From Phaeosaccion multiseriatum (taxonomy: Eukaryota; Protista; Ochrophyta, other classes), in contig OZ218958.1 of the NCBI GenBank assembly GCA_965112735.1, positions 3,563,894 through 3,627,893 on the forward strand: 64,000 nucleotides of DNA, in the 5' to 3' direction. The stretch's first letter is position 1. Each line of letters opens with the position of its first letter. Positions 1 through 13,317 of this stretch are shown here, piece by piece. A program made the position numbers and the translations under genes. The notes beneath the pieces were generated by a model. It was not told where the DNA came from. It did not search any database and saw only the letters and a list, made by a program, of their open reading frames with translations.

Positions 1-76
1 CCCTGTTCTGTGGCTACCCTGTTCTGTGGCTACCCTGTTCTGTGGCTACCCTGTTCTGTGGCTACCCTGTTCTGTG
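1..76. repeat. 16-bp tandem repeat (CCCTGTTCTGTGGCTA) x ~4.75, probably intronic, cut by the window edge
   Basis: Perfect copies visible directly. Confidence 0.95.
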
Positions 77-221
77 AAGCCTCACCCGCCCCCCCCCCCT
101 CCCTCTGAACCTCCAACCCCCTCTGAACCTCCACCCCCTTCTATCTATGGCCGATGGACAGTCGCATACTCGGATCGAAGCATGCATGGTCGATACAGAG
201 AGGGAGACATTGTCACTGTAC

Positions 222-1127
222 CTGAGATTGCCGCAAGCCGCACCGCTTGCCGACGATGCCGCGTAGCCTTTCCTCACGTCCGACCCGGCGATGGAGAGCA
301 CCCCGCACCTGCGCTTGCCTGCCACTCCCGCCTTGCCTGCCGCTCCCGCTGCTCCTACTACCCGGTGTGGGTGGAGGTCTGATACCCTTCCCTGCCCGTA
401 CCCGGAGGCCGGGGAGCTGCTCCAGGAAGACGGGGGGGGGGGTGTATCGATGACGAGTCAAGGGGAGGAACGTGACCCGTACAGCAACGATAACGACTCA
501 TATCGGTAATGGGCAGGGGTATTGACACCTGGGGGTGAGAGGAGCCTAGTTTCTCACACACGATGGACTGACTGACCTGCGTGGTGTACAGTCTTCGTCT
601 CCCACGAGACTGAGGAGAGCATCGATGTCATCGACGGCTCGCTGCCCCGCCGCCGCTCCCCTAGGCGCTCCTCCCACCGTGCTGCTGGTGTGGCCTTTAT
701 AGCTGCTACCATTGCTACTGCCGTACTTACTGTAGGAAGAGCGCAAGGAGGAAGGAGTGAGGAGTAAGGAGGTGGACGAGGTCCCATCCGCAGAGGAGCA
801 AGTATGTGCAATTAGGGAGCTGTGGATGGCGTCGTTGCTGCCCTGCTGTGGTAAGACTTGTCGTCTTCAGCGAAGAGGCCAACGTTCTGGGGATCCTAAT
901 AAGAAGATTTTCCCGAAGAGGAAAGCTTGGTTTGTCAGAGCTTTCCGAGTTTTCCCCAGTCGCTCAATCGATCGGTGTCCTTCGTGTCCCCCTCACCTTT
1001 GGCCGCAACCGAAGCCGCCACTGCTGCTGCTCGCGCTGCTGCTCCTCCCCTCCACGGCGCCCTCAACCTCATCGATCAACGCGTCGATATCCACAGAGCC
1101 GTGGCGGTGGCTGCTATCGAACGCCAT
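222..1127 (-). CDS. CFAP418: CFAP418/C8orf37-like cilia-associated protein, 5' part; spliced gene continues beyond the left edge
   Basis: Minus-strand pieces MAFDSS..DIDALIDEVEG (ATG 1127), ..DDIDALLSLV.. and KRRCGVLSIAGSDVRKGYAASSASGAACGNLR followed by a GT donor at 221. These resemble the recalled C8orf37 pattern (DLDELLDEVE; C..vylGG....G......ACd.LRC). Internal exon boundaries unresolved. Confidence 0.6.
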
Positions 1128-1618
1128 CCGTTCAATTACTAATTTTGCAGGTGAGGGTTTGGTGAGGGTTTGGGAGAAGAGGTAGAATCCTGAGTAACGT
1201 CGACTACTCACAAATGCCATCTATGGTTGTCTAAAAGTAATGTCTCACCGCCCCGGGGAACTTAGCCCTCGAGGTCGTGTCCCTCTGACTCATCAGGGGA
1301 GCCATAAAATTTGTATCCTTTCTTTAATCCGTTAACTGCCTGCAGCTACCTGCCCAATCCATTCCATCTAGTCCCTGCCCAATCCATCCCATCGGTGTCC
1401 TTCGTGTCCCTGTCCCTGCCCCTGCCCCTGCCTCGGTCCCCGCTACCCCACGACAAGCGGTACCCCACGAAAAGCGGTACCCCCCTCCATCCTATGCTAT
1501 ATGCGGCCCCACCGGTGCCTCCCTCCCTCCGGCCCCACCAGTGCCGCCCTCCTGCCTGTACAGTGCCATCCCTTTAGCGCCTCTGTAGCGTAGAGTGTGC
1601 CAATGTCGCGATGGGAAC

Positions 1619-4121
1619 TCAGTCGTTCTGCGGCAGCCCCTGCTGTGCTTGCATCTGCATGCTGGCCTGTATCTTCTGAGTGATGAGGTGCTGCGCCGTC
1701 TGTGCGGCCATCGCTGAACCGATGATGGTCACTGTGGGGTGGATGGGTGGATGGATATACATGTCAGCATGCAGCACATGCGAAAGTTAGAAGCCATCTT
1801 CATGCACGGGGGGAGAACAAGAGAATGAGGACAGAGAGACAAGGAGGGAAGGCGAAAAGCGCCAGGCGGTGGTAGGAAGGGCAGGGGCGGGAATGAGCCC
1901 CGACTCGAGCCGAGCTCCGGCACACGCTCACGCACGCTATACACACACGCGCGCGCGCACACACACACAAACACGTACACACACGCACACACACACACAC
2001 ACAAACACACAAAACAAACACGCACACACCTGTCCGGTTGTTGCTGCCAGGCACGAATTCGCCCCTCCGCGACACGGTAATGCGGGCACCGCTGAGGGCC
2101 TGCAGCTCGTGGATCGTGGCGCCGCCCTGTGTGTGTGTGTGCATTGCATGGGGCAGAGGCGAGGCAAGTGAGTAGTTAGTCAGTAGTGGCACTGGGCACA
2201 AGGAGGGACACCGAATACACTTGCACACGCCCACACGCAGCAGTGCCATCCAGTGCCATCGCGAGGCGGACACCTCCCCTCCCCTCAGCTCAGCTCAGCT
2301 CACCTTGCCCACGACGACGCCCACCATGGAGTCAGGCACAGCAAGAGGGATGGTGGTTTGGTCCCCACTCGCTGCCCCGCCCACCACCTGCACTCCCGCC
2401 CCCCCCTGGCCGCTCCCTCCCCCCCCCATGCCGTAACCGCCGCCCATACCCGGCGCCTGCGGTGGCGCATAACCCCCCCCTCCGCCTCCTCCCACTCCCA
2501 TACCGTACCCGCCGTGCCCCGCTCCCCCCATGCCCCCCCCCCCGTAGCCCCCCCCCCCGGGCTGCCCGTACGGCATTCCTCCCATTGGGGCCTGCTCTCT
2601 GTAGTTGACGCTCGGGTTTTGGTACTTGGCTGCCGTCTCGTCCTCCTGCCAAGGGGGGGAAAGGGAAGGGAAGGCACGAGTCAGCGGAGGGCAGGAGAGG
2701 AGCAAGTGAGGAGCAAGTGAGGAGCAAGAGAGGAGCAAGTGAGGAGCAAGTGAGGAGCAGGAGAGGAGCAAGTGAGGAGCAAGAGAGGAGCAAGTGAGGA
2801 GCAAGTGAGGAGCAAGAGGGGAGCAAGTGAGGAGCAGGAGAGGAGCAAGTGAGACGCGAGTCTAGTGTGCGTGTGTGCGTGTGTGCGTGGCCGTCTGCGT
2901 CTCTCGGAGAGGCGCCAAGATAGACCTCATTATTCTATGACTGATAGACCTCCTTTGACTTTGACTGGCGTGGGAGGTGCATGGCTCGCCCCCTTCCCCA
3001 CCCCAGAGAGTGAGAGGCTCCTTTCCAACACACCTGGAGCTTGTCCAGCAGCACCTGCACGGCGGCCTGTATGGTGTGCAGCGGGCCTTGAATCGTGGCC
3101 ACGCGCTCCATCGTCATGCTTCCGTCCTGCATGGAGGCAAGGGCCAAGCGAGCGCCTGACGCTTCCGACAGGGCCTGTCATAAGTCATAAGCATACGCAG
3201 AAGGAGGGGGGGGGGGGTCAGCTCATTCGCTGGCATGCAGCAGTGTAACTGCATTGTAACTGCATTGAGCATTAAGTGCCGCAGGCTCCGCCCCCTCTCT
3301 CTCGTCGGGGGCAAGAGCGAGGCGGCCAGGGGGGCTTCACCCACCCCCTTTCTCTTCCCTCTCTCTCACCTTGATATTTGCTCCTCCCCGTCCGATGACG
3401 AGCCCCCCTGCAGAGGAGGGTACGAGAACCTTCTGCACGAGCTCAGCGGCGGGGTCGGGGGCGGTGTCGGAGGGGCCCCCCTCGGCGGACGGGTCCGAGG
3501 ACTGCACTTGGTGCACGCGCGTCAACACAAGAGCCACCGCCAGCTTGACGTCCACAAGGTCACCGCCAACCATCACCACTCTGGAGGATGGCGGGGGCGG
3601 GGAGGAGGGTCAGCGGTGTCGCTACATTCACTACACAGGTAGTGGAGAGGGTGGGTTGTTTTGTCAGTGGCCGCAAGGGACAAGAGGAATTCATAGATGG
3701 CCTCTCCTCTCAAAGCACAGCACAGCACCAACACCCACCTCTCCTGCGTGCCCGGGTAGTACATGCCGTTGGCGCTGACTCGCACCGTGGCCCCGGACTG
3801 CGTTTGGATCTCTCGGATGTTGGCCCCGCCCTTACCGATGAGGCTCCCCGCGCTCTTGCCGATGAGCAGCTTGATGGCGCAAGCGGGAGGGGCGGCCCTC
3901 TCTGAGCACGGCAGCAGCAGCAGCAGGGGCGGGGGCAAGGTGAGGAGGAAACACCCGCCAGTAGATAATTCGAGTCCATCGTTTAGTCGCCCCCTTCCCT
4001 TCCGTTTTCTCACTCAGGCGTGTGTGTACTCACGTCGCTTGTTAGCCCTGTCATCTCCATCGCGGTGCCCCCCGGGCGAGCCGTGCGCGCCCTGGTCTCC
4101 TCCTCCTGCAGTAGGGTCCAT
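1619..4121 (-). CDS. NOVA/BTR1-like triple KH-domain RNA-binding protein (multi-exon)
   Basis: Three KH domains with GxxG loops: IKLLIGKSAGSLIGKGGANIREIQ..YYPGTQER, QKVLVPSSAGGLVIGRGGANIK and LAVPDSMVGVVVGKGGATIHELQALSGARITVSRRGEFVPGSNNRTVTIIG. The YYPGT/EFVPG motifs are NOVA-type. ATG 4121, stop 1619-1621, GT-AG introns. Confidence 0.9.
2695..2852. repeat. 11-bp intronic minisatellite (GAGGAGCAAGW)n
   Basis: About 14 visible copies in an intron of the KH gene. Confidence 0.9.
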
Positions 4122-4370
4122 CCTTGGACGCTTCTCTTACTTTACTTCTACTTCCTCTTCTACTCTATCAGGTACTTCGATTCGGTGGTCTCTCGGGTGG
4201 TGGGGGAGACTAGAAGTTGGTCAGGATCGTAGTAGTGAAGGATCAGCGGCGGGCGACGTGTGTGCGGCGGTCGGAGAGAGCGAGGAAGAGGGCCAGCGGG
4301 TGGAGCGGTGCATGTGTTGGGAGTGGGATCACGAGAGTGAGAGGAGAGGGAGGAGAGAGAGAGAGAGAGG

Positions 4371-4420
<50 letters not shown>

Positions 4421-4870
4421 GGGTGAAGGTGAGGAGCGAGATCAAGGACTGGGTCGGGGAGAGAGGGGAAAGAGAGGAGAGGGGTTGTAGAGGACAAGAA
4501 ACGGAGATCGATCGATAAGCCACCCGTCCTCAACCTCCGCGCTACATCACTGCACCACAATTCACAGGCGCAGCGGCGGGGAAGGAACAGAAGAGAGGTC
4601 AGCCCATCTCGGCCGCTCTCCCCTGCCCTTCCCTCTCTCCCTCATACCTAAAATCAGCTGAAAAAAACTCTTCCAAAATCTACCGCCGGTCCAGATCCCC
4701 AGCGCCAGATTTGCGAGAGGGTTTCCTGGCCGGGATGTTGATCAGATGGCCGGACACAGCGACACAAAGAAAAAACAAAAAGAAGAAGGAGAAGGAGGAG
4801 GAGGAGGAGGAGGAGGAGGAGGAGGAGGAGGACGAGGAGGAGGAGGAAGAGGAGGAGGTGAAGGTAAAAG

Positions 4871-4896
4871 ATGCAGCAGCCACATCCTCCACCTCC

Positions 4897-4938
<42 letters not shown>

Positions 4939-5044
4939 CTTTCCACAGCCACCTCCCTTCACTCCTGTGCAACAACACCAACCACCGCAGCCAATGCCAC
5001 CACAACAGCAACAACTACAACCCCATCTTCATCATCCACAACAA

Positions 5045-5088
<44 letters not shown>

Positions 5089-6090
5089 CGGGCCCGGTGG
5101 CATTGCGCCACCCTATCCGGCAGCACCCTACCCGATGATGCCTCAACAGCATCCCCAGCAGGCAGCGCCAGCAGCCCCGCCGCCCTTCCAAGGAGCGCCT
5201 CCCCAGCACGCTTACCCTCCTCACCCTCAGGCTTACCCGCAGGCCTACCCCCAGTCGGGTCCTGCGATGCAAGCCGCTGTCCGTCCCCGCGGGGCCGTGC
5301 CTCCCTGCGGCCCTCCCGAGGCGGCCATGAAGGACGTGGTGGACAAGCTCGCGCCCTTCGTAGTGCGCAACGGAGAGGCCTTCGCGGACAAGATCAAGGC
5401 CAAGGAGGGAGGCAACCCCAAGTAAGTCACTAAGGCAGTGAGTGAAGGAGTAGGAGTGAGACAGACTGGAGCTAAAAGTGTTTTCAATGCGCGCAGATTC
5501 TCGTTCCTGTTTGGCGGAGAGGGTGCCGCGTACTACCGCTGGTGCCTGGACTGCAGTCGGAGGGGCCTCTCTCCCGAGCAGAAGGCCGCGGAGCTGGCGG
5601 AGCACCAGGTCAGTCAAAGATTTAGCTTAGGGACGTTCGCGTGGGCATGGCGTGACATGGGTATGGGCATGGGTTCGGGTACTGGTACGGTTCCCCTCTC
5701 GCTCACCTCTGCGGATGGTGCTGGACCGGTCCATCCATCTTCGGCTCTGAGGCGGGGAGCCCTACGGGTGGGGTAGTCTCTCCCGTCGGGGCCTGTCTGC
5801 ATGCCTCCAATCCGTCGTTCCACATGCCCCCCTATGCCCTAGCCGGCGCTATGCGTTTCATCAGCTCATTCCCTTCCCACCTGCACCTGCCCCCCTCTGA
5901 CGCCGTTCTATGCCCCCCTGTGACCGCAGGCCCGTTTGTCCACGACGGAGCTTGGTCCTACCGATGATCAGGCCCTGCAGGTAGGTCTCTCCTTCTCTCA
6001 CTCTCTTTCTCTCTCTCCCCCTCTCCCTCTCTTTCTCTCTCTCTCTCCCTCTCCCTATCTTTCTCTCTCTCTCTCCCTCTCTTTTCTCTT

Positions 6091-6141
<51 letters not shown>

Positions 6142-7475
6142 CCTTTCACTCTCTCTCTCCCTCACTCTCTCTCTCTCTCTCTCCCAGCGCCCTCGGCCTC
6201 CTGCTGCCCAGCCGCCCCCCCTCTCTAACCTGTGCCCACCCTTCCGCTGTACCCTACCCCTTGTGCAGGATCTGCTGCTGGCGCTTGACGGCACTCGCGA
6301 GTCCATCTCCTCAGCGCGTCAGTGGGTCACGAAGCGCTTCCCCACACACGGCAACGCCATGGCCCTCAAGCTGCACACCTTCGCCTCCTCTGTGGCCACC
6401 GCCGCCAGACAGGCCAAGTGCACCGGGGAAGAGGTGAGTGCTTGGGCTTGGGCCTAGGGTGAATACGTTAATAAGGGCATATGGGCACATGTGTGAGAGG
6501 CAGGCAGTGCAATGCAGAGGCATGTCACACACCCTCCGCAGGAGTGCGCATGATGCTCACCTCTTTGCTTGTGTGTGTGTTTGTCGCTGACCTCTGGGCT
6601 TGTGTGTGTGTTTGTCGCTTCCTCTGTTCTATCTTCCACACATGATGCACCTCTTTCTCTGCGGGGGTGCACTCTCCCCTCTGGTGCCATCCGTCATAGG
6701 GCTTCAAGAAGCTGCTGCACGTGCTGTACCTGCTCAACGACATCCTATTCAACTGCGTGGGGCTCGCCAGCAAGGCGGGGGAGGGCTTCCGCCTCGAGAC
6801 GCTTCGGCAGCTGCCGGGCCTTATGGCCGCCGTGGGGGAGGTGTGCAGGCAGAGCGACGCAGGTACGGACGGAGGCAGCGGCTTGCAGATGGAAGCAGAT
6901 GGGTGTGGACAGGACAGGACACATGAGCGCCAAGGTGGACGGACACACGGCCCGTTTTATCGTACGTTTGCCTCAACGCGCCGCACGTACCTCCTTGCAC
7001 TCTCCCGCGCTCCACAGAGAAGCACCCCCGTGCCTTGTCCGGCAAGGTCAAGGAGGTCAAGGAGGAGGGAGGCCCCGCCAGCAGCAGCGAGGGTAACGCG
7101 GAAGGGGGGGGGGGGGGAGACGGCGCGACGAAGGCAGAGGAAGGCGGGGAGCAGCTGCAGAAGGCTTCGGCCCCCGTGCTGCGGCTGTTGGGGCTGTGGG
7201 TGGACAAGGCGGTGGTGCCTGCGCACCTCGCCAACCACCTCAGACACGTCGTGGAGCATGGCCCCACACCTGCAGGACAGCAGCAGGGGCACCAGCAGGG
7301 GCAGGGGCAGGGGGAGCAGCAGGGGCAGCAGCCGCAGGGGTACCCTACCCCGCCCCCCGCCAACGGTGCGCACCTCCTCCCTCCAGGCCAGACTCAGCCT
7401 CAGCTCCACCCCGCGGCAGTGTCAGGACCAGGAGTGTCAGGACCAGGGCCGCAGCAGCCCCTCCCTCCGCACATT

Positions 7476-7507
<32 letters not shown>

Positions 7508-9113
7508 GATCCCCCCTCACCTGCAGCAACAACAGCAACAACAGCAACAACAGCAACAACAGCCACAACAGCAGCAACAGCAACAACAGCAACAACAGCC
7601 ACAACAGCATGCCCACCTGCCGCCCCCCCATGTGCAACACCCGGCCATGTCTATGTCTGGGGCTTCCCCCCCGGGATGGCCCGCCCCCTCCCTCTCCTCC
7701 CACCCCAACGCCATGCCCATGCAGGGCGTCCTGCCCGGTGCCCCGCCCCCCCGGGGCGTGGTGATGCCGATGGTGACCATCTCGCCCCCCATGCCGCTCC
7801 CCTCCAAGCCTCCTGCTCTCATCGTAGAGAAGAGCGCGCCTCTGCGGATAGACAAGGTGCGAGGGAGGGGGTGGGGAAGTGATGCTCTTGTCTGTCTGTC
7901 TCTCTCTACGTGTAGCGGCGAGTGGTGGGCCCGACGCGACTGACTGACGAGCGCCCGCCCCCCCCTCTCCTCTCTCTTCTCTCTGTTTGTGTGTGAACCT
8001 CTACCTCTCTATCGGTATCTTTCTTTCACTCTGTGTCTTACCTCTCCCCCTCTCAGGTGACGGTGGGCGTCATGGTGAGCATGGTCAAGGCTGCCCTCGC
8101 TGCCGGGCACCCCAAGTATGCCCCCATCGACACGTCCAAGCTGCCCGTGCTGCCCGTGGCGCACATGGAGCCAGGCAGGCTGCAGGTGGGGTACTCACTC
8201 GACTCACTCACTCACTCACTCACTCACTCACTCACGTTCCTCACGCACCCACCTCACTCCCTCGGGAACCCGTTAAGTTCGCCCACTCACGCACCGACTC
8301 AATCCTCATTCCCTCGTCTTGTTAACCCACCTCACACACTCACACACTCACAACACTCACTCGCTTCACTCCCTCACACTCACTCACTCACTCACACACA
8401 CACTCACTCACCTCACTCACTCACTCACACACCCACCCACTCCCTCACCCCGCTCCCTCCCTCCCTCACTCACTCACTCACTCACTCACTCACTCACCCT
8501 TACCACTCACACACTCACACGCTCACCACCCCACCCGCCCACCCACTGACTTACGCAGGTGCGCTTGAAGCAGTTTTACTCGCAGCTGGAGCGGCCCTCC
8601 GATGGCGGTCACGACACCGCCCCTACTGTAGTGAAGGCGTCGGACTTGTTGCTGCCGCAGGTGAAGGACATTATCAACGGGGCGGGCTTGGGCAGGGACA
8701 GCAGGGGGGAGCGCAGGCGCAGCAGAAGCAGGAGCAGAGAGCGCGACGGCAAGCAGCAGGCAAGAAGAGAGGCAACAAGAGAGGGGCCGCACAGCTCGAC
8801 CAGCAGTGGTGGTGGAGGTAGCAGGCAGCAGCAACGGGAGGCGGAGGCAGCGGCCCGAGCAGCAGCAGACGCCGCGGCGGCCGCGAAGCTTGGGGACGAC
8901 AACATAGGACACGAGATGCTCAAGCGTATGGGCTGGAGCGGACAGGAGGGCAAGGGGCTCGGGGCTAACGAGGAGGGACGGGCAGACAACATTGCCGACG
9001 CGGGACAGCAGGCGCAGGATAAGACGGGCGTGGGGGGGGCATCAGCCAAGACTGCGGCGGTTGATGCCTACGAGGAGTTCCGGCGGCAGCGCTCCTACAC
9101 GTACGGCCGGTAG
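4871..9113 (+). CDS. CHERP: CHERP-like splicing factor (polyQ, SURP, CID, G-patch)
   Basis: SURP (VVDKLAPFVVRNGEAFADKIKAKEGGNPKFSFLFGGEGAAYYRW), CID (LDGTRESISSARQWV..LHVLYLLNDILF), VTVGVMVSMVK..YAPID..RLKQFY, G-patch (NIGHEMLKRMGWSGQEGKGLG) and C-terminal DAYEEFRRQRSYTY. This domain order matches CHERP. Confidence 0.88.
5985..6185. repeat. Intronic (CT)n-rich tract
   Basis: Seen directly. Confidence 0.9.
8193..8545. repeat. Intronic degenerate (ACTC)n tract
   Basis: Seen directly. Confidence 0.85.
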
Positions 9114-9334
9114 TGCAGGCATGGAGGGGAGAGCTGTTTACTTGATACAGTCTATTAGTCTTAAGACATAACTCCTATTCCCTCGCTCTATGTGTATATA
9201 AATGAGTCACCCCCCACCCCCCCCTTCAACTGTACAATCCCTGGAAGTATCTTTGTCCGGCGGCGATTTGTCACCCCGGACAATGAAGCGCACTCTAAAA
9301 ACACACGCCCACCCCCTCCCCCCTCCCATCCACT

Positions 9335-10729
9335 TCACTTGGAGGCGGTCTTTCGAGCCTTGTCCGTGTCCTTGTCCGCCTCTGGGGGGGCCTGCTTGGT
9401 CCTGCGTGAAGGCCGCACCACGGCTTCCGGCTTGGGGATGTCGAGGAGGGTCTTGACTCCCTTGACCATGACATAGCTGTGGTCGTAGTCCGGCGCCCAG
9501 TAGTTGTGTCCACCAGGGCCGTGAACTTGCACACCGCACAGCACGGCGTAGTCCTCCTTCTCGCTGTCAACGGTGCTCTGTAGGTAGCGCTCGATCTGCT
9601 GCACGATGACGTTCTTGGCGAGCTTGGTAAGCTCCGCCAGGTCCTCGCCGCCCTTGCCCTTGTTGGCGTTGAGCTCCTCGATGAGAATGGCCGACATAGA
9701 GGTCATCTCAAGATCGGGGTCGCTGCAGAAGGAACGAGGGAATGGAAAGGAGAGAGAAAAGGGGGGAGTGTGAGCAAGCACGAATCCCGTGGTGTAGCCC
9801 TCAACATGACACCCTGCAACTGCCCCGTGCACCCCGCTCCTCTCTCGCACTCACGCCGGCTCGAGCTTGGGCACGTCCAGTGGCGTCTTGCCCTCGCACT
9901 TGCTCAGCTGCCCGTGCAGCCCCGCCAGGGCCCCGCATGCCTTGGAGTGGGCCATCATGTGCTCCCTCTCGCAAGTCCCGAGCTCCCCCTTGGTCCCGAT
10001 GCCGATGTGCGGGGCGAAGAAGTACACGTACTTGGGCCGGCAGCCCTCGGGCCCGGTGGTGGGTGCGTGCGCGTGCATGGCGCCGAAGGCCGTGTTGCCA
10101 GCGAAGCAGAGCCCGCCCAGGCCCCGCATGGAGAAGGGCTCCCCGAGCTCCTCCTTGACGAGCCTCACCAAAGTAGTGCAGATTTCGTCACGGCAGACGC
10201 CCACGCAAGGGATGCACGTGTTGTGGGCAAAGCCGTGCGTGCTGAGGGCTGCGGCGGCCAGCTTTACGAACTTGGCCTCCTGTGTGAGTAGCGAGAGGGA
10301 GGGGGGAAAGTCAGTAGCAGCACAGCAGCAGCGGCATAGAGACGGACGGAGCGGGCGGTATTTGTTTTCGTTCCCCACTGTCTCTCCTCTTCTCTTCTTT
10401 CAAGGCGAGCTCGACCTACCTCAAACGCATGGCCGAAGTGCTCCGCAACCTGGTCGTGGAAGCCCGCCGGTGTGCGATTGAAGCTCACGGCCCTTTCCAA
10501 GACCCCTATCTGCCAATTCCAGTCGGGCAGGCGCAGACGCAGTGAAAAAGAGGCGGTGCGGTGGGAGGGGGGTAAGCAGGCGCAGGAGCAACACGGAAGG
10601 TAAAAAAGAGCATGAAAGGAAGGAGAGAGGCTGGCACCAATAGGCCGGAAGGGCGGCGACGGACAGGGCAACTGCAGGCAGCCACAGCGCAGTGCGCATC
10701 CTCACCTTTTCCTCCCCATCCTTGCTCAT
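9335..10729 (-). CDS. LCIB: LCIB/LCIC-family (theta-type carbonic anhydrase-like) protein, copy 1, 308 aa, 4 exons
   Basis: Exons 10729-10706, 10509-10420, 10279-9855 and 9722-9335 splice in frame (927 nt). Motifs CVGVCRDE, GLGGLCFAGNTAFGAMHAHAP, FFAPHIGI, ACGAL, DPDLEM, LAELTK and DYAVLCGVQVHGP match the LCIB family, including the Cys/His/Cys Zn ligands. Confidence 0.9.
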
Positions 10730-11052
10730 CGTCGTCCTTGCCTTCGCTGTCGTACTCAGCTCAAAGATAGTAGTGAGTGAGGAGGAGTGAGGCCAATGCA
10801 AGACAGGGAGTATGATGTAAAAGCAACCAGGAGGCTATAATGCAAGGCAGGGAGTATGATGTCAGATGGAGGGGGCAGAGAGGATATTGGAAAACTCTCC
10901 CAATCGTATCCCCCGCCTTCCAACAGTGTCCAATTTAAGGTGCGTACTTTTTTACGTAACGCCGATTTGACCCGATTTTCGATGTCCAAAATGAGAGGCA
11001 GATGGCTTCACATATTGGAACCCAGCCGTCCGGAGCTCCCCGTGTCGTCATT

Positions 11053-11088
11053 GCGTCACTAACGGGCGGATGTCGAGGATGCTGACGC
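11053..11088. promoter_or_regulatory. Paired TGACGC/GCGTCA (CRE/CCRE-like bZIP) motifs upstream of LCIB copy 1
   Basis: GCGTCA 11053-58 and TGACGC 11083-88 flank GGGCGG. The same arrangement is retained upstream of copy 2. Confidence 0.4.
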
Positions 11089-11183
11089 CATTATGATACG
11101 CTTGTACTGAATACTGAGTCGACCCACCCGACGAATGAAGATGGTGCGGTGCGTTTCACCCCCCCCCACATCCTCGCTGAGAT

Positions 11184-11357
11184 CGGACAGGAGGGCAAGG
11201 GGCTCGGGGTTAACGAGAAGGGACGGGCAGACAACATTGCCGACGCGGGACAGCAGGCGCAGGATAAGACGCGTGGGGGGGGCATCCGCTAAGGCTGCGG
11301 CGGCTGATGCCTACGAGCAGTTCCGCGCGGCAGCGCTCCTGCACGTACGGCCGGTAG
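11184..11357 (+). pseudogene. Duplicated, frameshifted 3' fragment of CHERP (G-patch tail)
   Basis: Near copy of 8939-9113 (GQEGKGLGVNEKGRADNIADAGQQAQDKT) with indels. Confidence 0.85.
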
Positions 11358-11597
11358 TGCAGGCATGCAGGTGCGAGCTGTTTAGATGATACAGTCCATT
11401 AGTCTACAACATTACTCCTACATACTCGCTACATAAATAAGCGAGTTAAAACATCCCTTCCCCCCTTCAACTGTACAATCCTGACAAGTGTCTCTTTGTC
11501 CGGCGGCGATTTGTCACCCCGGACGGCGATTTGTCACCCCGGACAATGAAGCGCACTCTAAAAACACACGCCCACCCCCTCCCCCCTCCCATCCACT

Positions 11598-13027
11598 TCA
11601 CTTGGAGGCGGTCTTTCGAGCCTTGTCCGTGTCCTTGTCCGCCTCTGGGAGGGCCTGCTTGGTCCTGCGTGAAGGCCGCACCACGGCTTCCGGCTTGGGG
11701 ATGTCGAGGAGGGTCTTGACTCCCTTGACCATGACGTAGCTGTGCTCGTAGTCCGGCGCCCAGTAGTTGTGTCTGCCCGGGCCGTGAACTTGCACACCGC
11801 ACAGCACGGCGTAGTCCTCCTTCTCGCTGTCAACGGTGCTCTGCAGGTAGCGCTCGATCTGCTTCACAATGACGTTCTTGGCGAGCTTGGTGAGCTCCGC
11901 CAGGTCCTCGCCGCCCTTGCCCTTGTTGGCGTTGAGCGCCTCGATGAGCATGGCCGACAGAGCCGTCATCTCAAGGTCAGGGTCGCTGCAGAAGGAACGA
12001 GCGAATGCGAAGAGAAAAGGATATGAGGGGGGGAGTGTGAGCAAGCACGAATCCCGCAGTGTAGCCCTCAACATGACACCCTGTCTCTTCCCCGTCCATC
12101 CCGCTCCTCTCTCGCACTCACCTCGTCTCGAGCTTGGGCACGTCCAGTGGCGTCTTGCCCTCGCACTTGCTCAGCTGCCCGTGCAGCCCCGCCAGAGCCC
12201 CGCATGCCTTGGAGTGGGACTTCATGTGCTCCCTCTCGCAAGTCCCGAGCTCCCCCTTGGCCCCAATGCCGATGTGCGGGGCGAAGAAGTACACGTACTT
12301 GGGCCGGCAGCCCTCGGGCCCGGTGGTGGGTGCGTGCGCGTGCATGGCGCCGAAGGCCGTGTTGCCAGCGAAGCAGAGCCCGCCCAGGCCCCTCATGGAG
12401 AAGGGCTCCCCGAGCTCCTCCTTGACGAGCCTCAACAAAGTAGTGCAGATCTCGTCGCGGCAGACGCCCACGCAAGGGATGCACGTGTTGTGGGCAAAGC
12501 CGTGCGTCCTGAGGGCCGCGGCGGCCAGCTTTACGAACTTGGCCTCCTGTATGAGTAGCGAGAGGGAGCGGGGAAAGTCAGTAGCAGCACAGCAGCAGCG
12601 GTATAGAGACGGACGGAGCGGGTGGTATCTTCCTTTCGTTCCCCACTCTCAATCCTCAAAGGCGAGCTCGCCCTACCTCAAACGCATGGCCAAAGTGCTC
12701 CGCAACCTTGTCGTGGAAGCCCGCCGGTGTGCGGTCGAAGCTGAAAGCCCTTTGCAAGAACTCCATCTGCAAATCCACGCAGTGAAAATGAGGCGGTGGG
12801 GTGGGAGGGGGACTAAGTAGGCGCGGGAGCAAAACGAAAGGTAAAGAAAGCAGGAAAAGAAAGAGGGAGGGGAGAAGGATAGGTCGCAAGGGCGGCGGCG
12901 GACAGAGGGGCCGCAGGCAGCCAAAGCGTTGTGTGCGCATCCTCACCTTCTTCTTCACATCCTTGCTCATCGTCGTCGTCATTGCCGTCGTCGTCGTCGT
13001 CCTCTCCGTCGCCATTGAAGTTGCCAT
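11598..13027 (-). CDS. LCIB: LCIB/theta-CA-like protein, copy 2
   Basis: Same exon structure and motifs as copy 1. N-terminus MATSMATERTTTTTAMTTTMSKDVKKK; start codon choice uncertain. Confidence 0.88.
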
Positions 13028-13317
13028 TGTCCGTTTGCAGCCGTAGACCTCTGTTCGGGTGTGAAGGGTTTATGGTAGCGCGTCGCAGAAAGGTAAGCAG
13101 CTCAAAGCAGCTCAAAGATAACAGTGAGTGAGGAGGAGTGAGGCTAAGGCAAGGCAGGGACTATAATATCAGGTGGAGGTAAATTGATTGATCCCCCTTC
13201 CCCTCCAAAAAAAGCAGACAGTGTCCAGTTTCAGCGCGCTGTCCGCTTCTAAACGGCAGCTGGCCGGCCAACCGCCAACAAAATGGAAGGCTCTTGCGCC
13301 CGGAACTCCGTATAATT

